A DNA stretch of 10,160 bases from Methanotrichaceae archaeon. GTDB taxonomy: Archaea > Halobacteriota > Methanosarcinia > Methanotrichales > Methanotrichaceae. A program made the translations under genes and the position numbers. The notes under the pieces are model-generated. The model ran no database searches. It was not told the DNA's origin and saw only the letters and a list, made by a program, of their open reading frames with translations. Within the stretch, counting starts at the first letter, position 1. The number at the start of each line of letters is the position of its first letter. This document shows, piece after piece, positions 1-6,476 of this stretch. The DNA is taken from positions 1-10,160 of the forward strand of contig CAWEXU010000001.1 of assembly GCA_963813075.1 (NCBI GenBank), read 5' to 3'.

Positions 1-432
1 GCAGATTCACTCCGCGGGAGGAGTCCACAATGAGCATCTTTTCATTCACCTCGAGCACCTTTTCCATCCAGAACTCCAGGCCTGCTCCGTTCATGATGTA
101 TACGTCCGCATTGGCGACTTCCATCATCTGGGAGGGGGTGGGTTCATAGTATGGGGCTCGGCCCCGGGAGGGATCATAACCGCTATTTCGACCCGGTCGC
201 CTCCCACGGCAGAGATAAGGCCGGCCAGGGGTGCGACGGTTGTGGCGACAGATATTGCATCGGAATCGTTCTCGGAAGCAATCAATGAGCCGTTCCGGGT
301 ATGGGTATCAACTTCAGCCTCGTTTACCGGGATTTTGTCTACTGGGGCTTCATCATCCGAGATGCAGCCGGAGAGGATGGCAGCAGCCAGGAGAATGACA
401 AATAATGAAAAATTTTTAAAACCGCTTATCAT
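1..432 (-). pseudogene. Metal (Zn/Mn-type, ZnuA/TroA family) ABC transporter substrate-binding lipoprotein; 1-nt frameshift near 149/148; truncated by the window edge
   Basis: Signal peptide with lipobox (ILLAAAILSGC), VATTVAPL and MIPPGAEPHT motifs. Shifting frame after CAT AC gives YEPTPSQMMEVANADVYIMNGAGLEFWMEKVLEVNEKMLIVDSSRGVNL to the edge, the canonical PHxYEPTP...ADxxxxNGxGLE continuation. GGAG SD at 440-437. May be an intact gene carrying a sequencing error. Confidence 0.85.
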
Positions 433-433
433 A

Positions 434-550
434 TTACTCCTTTTTTAAGTCTCTGTGGATTCGGATTCCTGCCGATGTTCGTTGAGCGGATTTCCCGCTC
501 TGCTGCCTGCAGATCTTGCCGCAGGAGACGCGCTCAGATCGAAAGGTCAT
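434..550 (-). CDS. Candidate 38-aa upstream ORF/leader peptide (MTFRSERVSCGKICRQQSGKSAQRTSAGIRIHRDLKKE)
   Basis: Hand-translated. AGGAGG at 568-563 lies 12 nt before the ATG, and the stop TAA ends 1 nt before the transporter ATG. No homology recognised. Confidence 0.3.
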   Translation of the reverse strand: MTFRSERVSCGKICRQQSGKSAQRTSAGIRIHRDLKKE

Positions 551-605
551 TGGTCAGTTGGGCCTCCTGTAAATAAAGATATTGGCTAATTACATTAAGA
601 GGTGA

Positions 606-656
606 ATATAAATGAGGGTAACAAGTTCTCAAAATTATCAATTTTTTTGTTATCAA
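606..656. promoter_or_regulatory. Probable divergent promoter: TATA-like box plus three TT(A/C)TCAA repeats (possible metalloregulator site)
   Basis: ATATAAA at 606-612 (TTTATAT on minus); TTCTCAA 626-632, TTATCAA 635-641 and 650-656; AAAATT-N3-AATTTT inverted repeat at 631-645. Confidence 0.45.
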
Positions 657-711
657 TGGCAGGGATCACCAATGAGAAGGTAGATATTCTAGGAGGTGAA
701 GGAGTGCGGCT

Positions 712-828
712 ATGAGTGAAGCTCGAGACAAGAAAATGAAGCGCAAACGCAAGCTGGACGAGTTAAAGGCCGAAAAAATATTGCGAGCATGCAGGAGCAG
801 ACGGTTTATCGAAGTTGCTGACAAATAG
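712..828 (+). CDS. Candidate 38-aa basic small protein (MSEARDKKMKRKRKLDELKAEKILRACRSRRFIEVADK)
   Basis: Hand-translated. AGGAGGTGA at 691-699 and AAGGAG at 699-704 upstream; a T-rich tract follows TAG immediately. Confidence 0.55.
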   Translation: MSEARDKKMKRKRKLDELKAEKILRACRSRRFIEVADK

Positions 829-848
829 ATATTTTATTTATTTTTATT
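829..848 (+). terminator. T-rich archaeal-type terminator after the small ORF
   Basis: ATATTTTATTTATTTTTATT directly after the stop, in a convergent intergenic region. Confidence 0.4.
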
Positions 849-956
849 GACCTAAATGCAATTCTATATTTTACTTATTTGGGGAAACGAGTCTTTCCTA
901 GCACAGGATTGAATCCGCCAGAGACGCAAAAAAAGTGAATGGACCAAAATTGCGGC

Positions 957-1787
957 CTAGACATAGACTGCTGTTCCCGGCTCCACATTGATCGTCTTTG
1001 TGCCTCCCGGCTCGAAGAACATAATCTTGGGATAGTCGAACTGACCGTCATTGACCCTTACCGAATGATTCCGGTTTCCGACAGCCTTGAAGCTGAACTT
1101 TCCGTCCAGCGGATCTCCCCCTGTTCCCTCAGTTCCAATATAGACTCCATCCAGAAACACCTGATAGCCGCGCATTCCTTCAGAGACTATTATGGCAGTG
1201 GAATCGCCAGTGGTTGGTGCGGGGGTAGCAGTGGCGGCGGAGGATGCTGAGGCGGTGGCAGGGGGTGTTTTGGGAGCCGCGCCCACATATTCAGGGGAGT
1301 AGTATGCAGTTGATGCAGCTGGTGTTGCAATCTTGTTGGACGGGGCGGCGGTCTGCATCGCGGTTGGTGGCGCGGACGCCGTGGCAGAAGCAGCCGGCTG
1401 GGCGGGGAGATATGCGACCGTCTGTCTTGGATAGACCCTTATTGACGATCTGGTCTGGGCATACTCCAGCGTCTTGGCCCAGTCTCTCTGGTATACCTGC
1501 CATCCGAGACCGTAAAGCGGCGTCCAGCCAGGGCTGGGATAATAGGCGGCGGGATAAGGCGAGTATACTCCATAGGGAAGGTAATAGGCGGACCCATTCA
1601 CGCCATACCAGGTGAAGGTGGGGTTGGGATAATCAAGCCACCGTTTCAACCCAGCTATCGAAGGGTCATCATGCGGGCCAAAGGAGCTGACATAGCCTCC
1701 CACCAGCCAGTCCTGCCCACCTGCCAGGCCGATAATTAAGCATGAGCCCAGGGCTATTAGATACAACCAGTTTTTTCTATGCATCAT
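957..1787 (-). CDS. Secreted/surface hypothetical protein with Pro/Ala/Thr/Ser-rich linker and PEGA-like C-terminal beta domain
   Basis: 276-aa ORF. Basic then hydrophobic N-terminus (signal peptide), Tyr/Pro/Trp-rich segment, low-complexity linker, then YQVFLDGVYIG...HSVRV pattern resembling PEGA domains. A T7 run follows on minus (934-928). Confidence 0.75.
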   Translation of the reverse strand: MMHRKNWLYLIALGSCLIIGLAGGQDWLVGGYVSSFGPHDDPSIAGLKRWLDYPNPTFTWYGVNGSAYYLPYGVYSPYPAAYYPSPGWTPLYGLGWQVYQRDWAKTLEYAQTRSSIRVYPRQTVAYLPAQPAASATASAPPTAMQTAAPSNKIATPAASTAYYSPEYVGAAPKTPPATASASSAATATPAPTTGDSTAIIVSEGMRGYQVFLDGVYIGTEGTGGDPLDGKFSFKAVGNRNHSVRVNDGQFDYPKIMFFEPGGTKTINVEPGTAVYV

Positions 1788-2002
1788 ATGATCACATGAT
1801 GTTGTTGGCTCTACTGAAATTTAATCCTATCTATAACTTTGTTAATTCTTTATTTAATGTTTTTGATAAAATTATTCAAAGAAAATGCGTTGCAGATTGC
1901 ATCCTGAACGAGCAGCTGGATCGAGAATAATGCGGAAGAAATGGATCCGGATAAAAAAAGTGATTAACGGCGCGGCACCAGCAATAGGGCCCGCGATTGC
2001 AG

Positions 2003-4015
2003 TCACCTAATTTTTGGCTGCTGCTGGCTGATGCAGTGAACGGTTCCCAGCCCTTCCACCATCTCCCGGCAGTCGATTCCCACCACCTTCCGATCCGGGA
2101 AAGCCTCCTGGATTATCTTCAGCGCCTTCTGGTCGTTCTCATCCCGGAAGAGGGGAACCAGGACGGTATCGTTTCCGATATAGAAGTTGGCATAGCTGGC
2201 GGGCAGCCGTCCGCCTTCATTTTCCACAGAGCCCGGCATGGGAAGCTTGATGACTTTGAGGGGATTTCCATCCTGATCGGTCTCCTGACAGAGTTGCTGG
2301 TAGTTCGCTTTGAGGGGAAAATGGTTATCATCTTCAAAGTCCTCTTCATAGGCGCAGAGCACGGTTGTCGGATTGACGAACCTGGCGATGTCGTCCACGT
2401 GACCGTCTGTGTCGTCTCCCGCTATCCCCTCCTTCAGCCAGATGACTTTTCTCGCTCCCAGATACTCCTTGAGATACTGCTCGATCTCCTCTTTCTTCAG
2501 GCCAGGATTTCTGTTGCGATTGAGCAGGCACTGCTCGGTGGTCAGGACCATCCCCAGACCGTTGACGTCTATTGAGCCTCCTTCAAGCACGATTCCCGGG
2601 ATGAAGCACTCCATCTTGAGGTCATCGTTGATCAGGCAGGGGATCCTGGTGTCCCTCATCAATCCGGGATACTTCTCTCCCCAGGCGTTGAATGTCCAGG
2701 CGACCATGGCAATACTGTCTCTAGCCGCGCCATCCTCGCGAGCCACCACGAATGTGGGACCGTAGTCCCTGAACCAAACATCGGCATAATCGATCTCATG
2801 GAACCTGATCTTTCGCAAGTCCACCTTCTCTTCTCTCAGTCTCTCGACCACGGCACTGAGCATCATCTCGTCTCTGACCAGCAGGTTGACGATCTCGCTT
2901 TTGTGGATGGCTTTGATGATGGAGACATATGCGTCCTCCACCTTTTCCATATCAAAGAAGGTCTCCTGATCATAGGGCCAGGAGAGCCAGATCGCTTCGT
3001 GCTCCTCCCATTCTGCCGGCATATGAAAGCCCAGCTGCAAAGGCGTATCCACCAGACAGAGGTCCTCCGGCTTTATCCCGGTCTTCATCCCCGCCTTTGT
3101 ATCCGCCTTCGTTTTCCCTTTTCCCGCCTCGCCCGGAGCGGATTCTTTTACCATCTCGATAATAGGCCAGTAGGTTTCTGGCCTGCGGTTACGGAAAAAG
3201 CCCCAGCCCTCCCGGATGGCCCGGTTTTTGGCCAGGTCTAAGTCAGCCAATAAGACCTCTTCTCTGTCCTGGCTTGCTTTTGCCACCATATTTCCAAATG
3301 AGTCCGCCACAAATGAGCTGCCCCAAAAACAGAGGCCTTCCTCCCTTCCCACCCGGTTTACAGCGGCTACGCACACGCTGTTGGAGATGGCGTGGCCCCT
3401 CTGGACCGTCTCCCAGGCATCATGCCAGTCGTCTTCTGCCGGTTCCTCCTGGGCTATGATATTGCCGATGGCGGTGGGATAGAAGATGATCTGCGCTCCG
3501 CCAAGAGCTGCCACTCTGGCCGGCTCAGGGAACCACTGATCAAAGCAGATGAGCACCGCGAATTTCGCATAGCGGGTATCATAGATCCGGATCTCGTCGC
3601 CAGGAGAGAAGTAGCTCTGCTCGTAAAAGAGGGGATCATGGGGGATGTGGATCTTCCTGTAGGTCTCCAGAAGGCTGCCGTCAATGTCGATCACTGCGGC
3701 AGAGTTATAGTAGTCGCCCTCAGTCTTCTCATAAACCGGGACGACTATCACTATCTCATGCTCCCGGGCGAGGATGGAGAAGGCCTCGGTGGATTCACCC
3801 GGAATCGTCTCCGCCAAATAGGATGCGTCCATTTGATCCCATTGGGGGAAGTAACGGGTCCGGTAGAGCTCAGGCAGGCAGACGATCTTTGCTCCTTTCT
3901 TTGCTGCCTCTTTTATCATTCCGATGGCTTTTTTCAGGTTCAGATCTCTGTCCTCTGAGGCTGTGGTCTGAATCAGTCCTATGGTGACCCTCTCTCTCTC
4001 CCTTTCAAGCGCCAT
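2003..4015 (-). CDS. aguB-aguA: Bifunctional N-carbamoylputrescine amidohydrolase (nitrilase/CN-hydrolase family) / agmatine deiminase (PAD_porph family) fusion
   Basis: Residues ~10-282 carry the nitrilase Glu-Lys-Cys triad motifs LPEL, YRKIHIP, ICFDQWFPE, plus FYPTAIG, FWGSSF and RRPETY. From residue 332: MPAEWEEH, WFRDYGP, FNAWGEKY, EGGSID, DDTDGHVDD, SYANFY and catalytic HCISQQQP. Confidence 0.93.
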   Translation of the reverse strand: MALERERERVTIGLIQTTASEDRDLNLKKAIGMIKEAAKKGAKIVCLPELYRTRYFPQWDQMDASYLAETIPGESTEAFSILAREHEIVIVVPVYEKTEGDYYNSAAVIDIDGSLLETYRKIHIPHDPLFYEQSYFSPGDEIRIYDTRYAKFAVLICFDQWFPEPARVAALGGAQIIFYPTAIGNIIAQEEPAEDDWHDAWETVQRGHAISNSVCVAAVNRVGREEGLCFWGSSFVADSFGNMVAKASQDREEVLLADLDLAKNRAIREGWGFFRNRRPETYWPIIEMVKESAPGEAGKGKTKADTKAGMKTGIKPEDLCLVDTPLQLGFHMPAEWEEHEAIWLSWPYDQETFFDMEKVEDAYVSIIKAIHKSEIVNLLVRDEMMLSAVVERLREEKVDLRKIRFHEIDYADVWFRDYGPTFVVAREDGAARDSIAMVAWTFNAWGEKYPGLMRDTRIPCLINDDLKMECFIPGIVLEGGSIDVNGLGMVLTTEQCLLNRNRNPGLKKEEIEQYLKEYLGARKVIWLKEGIAGDDTDGHVDDIARFVNPTTVLCAYEEDFEDDNHFPLKANYQQLCQETDQDGNPLKVIKLPMPGSVENEGGRLPASYANFYIGNDTVLVPLFRDENDQKALKIIQEAFPDRKVVGIDCREMVEGLGTVHCISQQQPKIR

Positions 4016-4090
4016 TTCACTCTCTCCCTTTAAGGTTGGTCGGCATATCTGTTAGAATGCAGAATTAATGCGGAATTTTCTGGGGATGGA

Positions 4091-4135
4091 TGAATATCAA
4101 AGTATATCAAAGAAAATCAATGTATATCAATGTAT
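4091..4135. repeat. Degenerate 10-bp tandem repeat, ~4.5 copies (WGWATATCAA)
   Basis: TGAATATCAA / AGTATATCAA / AGAAAATCAA / TGTATATCAA / TGTAT. Confidence 0.85.
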
Positions 4136-4156
4136 TTAGGAGAAAATGAGAGGATA

Positions 4157-4885
4157 TCAGATGGGCTTTCTCCCGGCCATCAGGGCTATGCATAGATGCT
4201 GCCAGATCACGGTAACGCTATTAAATCCTGCCTTTTGCCACCATATCTTTTTCTCTTCTTTGCTGGCAAAATAGTGATTTTCCATCTCGTCTCTCAGCCG
4301 GGAGACAGAATCGGAAATTGCAGGATCAATCCTCATTCTGCGGCCTTCCATTTCTTGATTGAACCACTCTTGCATGTCGATTCCCTCATTGATGTAGCCC
4401 TCTGCCGCAATGAGCCATCCTCCTGGTGCCAGCAGGCGGAAGCATTTTTCGACCGTCCGTTTATAGCGATCAAATGGCAAGTGCTCCAGGACCAGTGTGG
4501 ATACTACCGCTTCGTATGCCCCTTCTCCCAGACCCCGGTCCCAATCATCTCCAGAGAGGTCTGCCACCTTAGCTCCCATGATAGCGTCCGGATTGGCCCT
4601 GGTGATCTTCTCCGCGGCGATCCCGGTCATTCTCTCAGATCCGTCGATGAGATAGATCCTGGCGGGAATCCTCTTCAGGATGGCCAGGGATGCATTTCCT
4701 GTTCCGCAGCCCAGGTCGATTATCCTTGGCTCAGGCGGCAGAAATCTCTGGCAGGCTTTGGCCACAAGGTCAAGCAATTCCGGGTAGCCAGGGACAACCG
4801 TGGACTGGTAGAGGTCATAGGCCTGAGCATGCCGATCATAGCAGGTGACGGTGGGATCTCCGGTCAATTCAGCCATAGAATTCAT
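4157..4885 (-). CDS. Class I SAM-dependent methyltransferase-fold protein, CmoA-like
   Basis: 242 aa; motif I IIDLGCGTG, motif II LIDGS, VVSTLVLEHL, LAPGGWLI, C-terminal KAGF; N-terminal VVPGY. Confidence 0.9.
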   Translation of the reverse strand: MNSMAELTGDPTVTCYDRHAQAYDLYQSTVVPGYPELLDLVAKACQRFLPPEPRIIDLGCGTGNASLAILKRIPARIYLIDGSERMTGIAAEKITRANPDAIMGAKVADLSGDDWDRGLGEGAYEAVVSTLVLEHLPFDRYKRTVEKCFRLLAPGGWLIAAEGYINEGIDMQEWFNQEMEGRRMRIDPAISDSVSRLRDEMENHYFASKEEKKIWWQKAGFNSVTVIWQHLCIALMAGRKPI

Positions 4886-4917
4886 CCATTTCCCTCTCTG
4901 AATATCCAGTTTTTCAT

Positions 4918-4953
4918 GAGTGACATATCAAAGGAAGAGTGACATCAAAGGAA
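4918..4953. repeat. Imperfect tandem duplication (19/17 bp) overlapping the transporter stop codon
   Basis: GAGTGACATATCAAAGGAA (4918-4936) followed by GAGTGACATCAAAGGAA (4937-4953). GAATATCCAGT also occurs at both 4900-4910 and 4951-4961. Confidence 0.75.
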
Positions 4954-6192
4954 TATCCAGTAGACAAAGACGTTCAATGCCGTCAGGGGCACACCCACCC
5001 TGGCGAAGTCCAGGAACGTGAGCGTCTCCCCGCTCTTCTCGGCATTCTGGATTATTATGACGTTGCTTGCCGCCCCCAGGATGAAGAGGTTTCCGGCGAT
5101 GGTGCTGCCTGCGGCCAGGGCCATTAGAGCCTGGGCGGAGGGATTAATCAGGAGCGGCTGGAATAGGGCGACGAATGGCACATTGGAGATGATCTGGCTT
5201 AAAAAGACGCTCAGAGCCAGAATGACCGGGATGGATTCAAAGCCGGATCCGATGCCCGCCGAACTTCCCGCCATCATGCTCTGGAAGACTCCAGACCTCC
5301 AGACGCTTTCCATCAGGACGAACATGGCGGCGAAGAAGACCAGTGTGCACCAGTCGATATGTTTCACGATCTCCCACCTTCGACTGCTGAAGAGGATGAT
5401 GGGCAGAGCAGAGAGGATGGCGATGTAGGTCAGCGAAAATTGCTGGCTGCTCTGCAGGGTGACGGCAGAGATCTTGGCCAGGATCAGCATGAGCAAGAGG
5501 ATGATGGAGATGCGGGAGATATTGGCCAGGGCGGGGTCGCTGATCTTCTCCGGCGGGATCATAATCGCCGTCTGCTGGAACTGGTTCTTGTAGAAAAGTC
5601 TTAAGAGAATGTAGGCCAGGACGAGGTTTGCCACCGTTGGAAGGAAGAGGTACTGCAAGAAGACCAGGAAGGGATTTGCCAGGCTGCCGTTGATGGCGAT
5701 CAGCAGGTTCTGGGGATTGCCGATAGGGCTCATGGCGCTGCCGGTGGTCACGGCAAAGGCCAGGGTAAGAAGGAGAAGCTTGGGGGAGATTTTCAGGGCC
5801 TGGGCCAGGTAGAGCATGAGTGGGGTGCCGATTATAGCTAAGGTGTCATTCATCAGCAGGGCGGAGAGAAAGCCCATGGCGAAGAGGATGAGAAGCAGTA
5901 GCTGGTCTAAATTCTTTGCCCGGCAGAGGATGCGGTTGAAGAGATGAAACAGGTAGCCGCTCTCTCTCATCGCCTCGCCGACGATGAACATCCCGGCCAG
6001 GAATATCATCACATCCGGATTAATAGCCCGAGCGGCATCCGCGGGAGCGATATCTCCCGAGAGCAGGACCGCTAAAGCGCCAAAGAGCATTATCTGCCAG
6101 ATCTGGAGCTTGAAGTCGCCCAGCTGCCTGATGGCGATGAGGAGAAGGACCAGAGCTAGAGCTACAGTGGAAATGTTTATGGTATCGAGCAT
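4945..6192 (-). CDS. ArsB/NhaD/SLC13 (ion transporter superfamily, YbiR/Lsi2-like) anion permease
   Basis: 415 aa, highly hydrophobic; motifs SALLMNDT, SPIGNPQNL, IDW, SQIISNVP and GSTIAGNLFILGAASNVI. Confidence 0.9.
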   Translation of the reverse strand: MLDTINISTVALALVLLLIAIRQLGDFKLQIWQIMLFGALAVLLSGDIAPADAARAINPDVMIFLAGMFIVGEAMRESGYLFHLFNRILCRAKNLDQLLLLILFAMGFLSALLMNDTLAIIGTPLMLYLAQALKISPKLLLLTLAFAVTTGSAMSPIGNPQNLLIAINGSLANPFLVFLQYLFLPTVANLVLAYILLRLFYKNQFQQTAIMIPPEKISDPALANISRISIILLLMLILAKISAVTLQSSQQFSLTYIAILSALPIILFSSRRWEIVKHIDWCTLVFFAAMFVLMESVWRSGVFQSMMAGSSAGIGSGFESIPVILALSVFLSQIISNVPFVALFQPLLINPSAQALMALAAGSTIAGNLFILGAASNVIIIQNAEKSGETLTFLDFARVGVPLTALNVFVYWIFL

Positions 6193-6419
6193 TCAGGATC
6201 CCGGGCCCCTCCGGGCAGCAGATACAGCGGACAAGTTTTATTGACCTTTTTCTTCCCACTCGATTGGAACTGCGTCAGCAATTTTATGCCCGGATAATAT
6301 AGTTTTCGGCCCAACGAATAATTAACAGTTCAAAGTCTCTTCTTAAAGGAGGAGACGGCAGCGGAGCGATCACGCCTCCGCACTCTTTTCCGAACTAAGA
6401 GACTACATCCTGCCATCTT

Positions 6420-6476
6420 CTCTTGTCTCACTCCCTCTTGTCTCACTCCCTCTTGTCTCACTCCCTCTTGTCTCAC
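6420..6476. repeat. 15-bp tandem repeat CTCTTGTCTCACTCC, ~3.8 copies, overlapping the iscS stop codon
   Basis: Exact copies at 6420, 6435 and 6450, and a 12-bp partial copy at 6465. Confidence 0.95.

Noticed and set aside
612..683. 23-aa plus-strand ORF MRVTSSQNYQFFCYQWQGSPMRR with GAGGTGA at 599-605
   Set aside because: It overlaps the probable TATA box and operator, is very short and has no recognisable homology. Not excluded, but unsupported.
1782..1801. CATCAT-N8-ATGATG inverted repeat over the start of the secreted protein
   Set aside because: One arm is simply the two Met codons; too short to call an operator.
3988..4003. (CT)n run at the start of the fusion gene (LERERER)
   Set aside because: Short and in frame; no evidence of phase variation.
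4157..6192. Arsenic resistance (arsM/arsB) operon
   Set aside because: No ArsM cysteine signature, no arsR or arsC, and the permease looks YbiR/Lsi2-like with unknown substrate.
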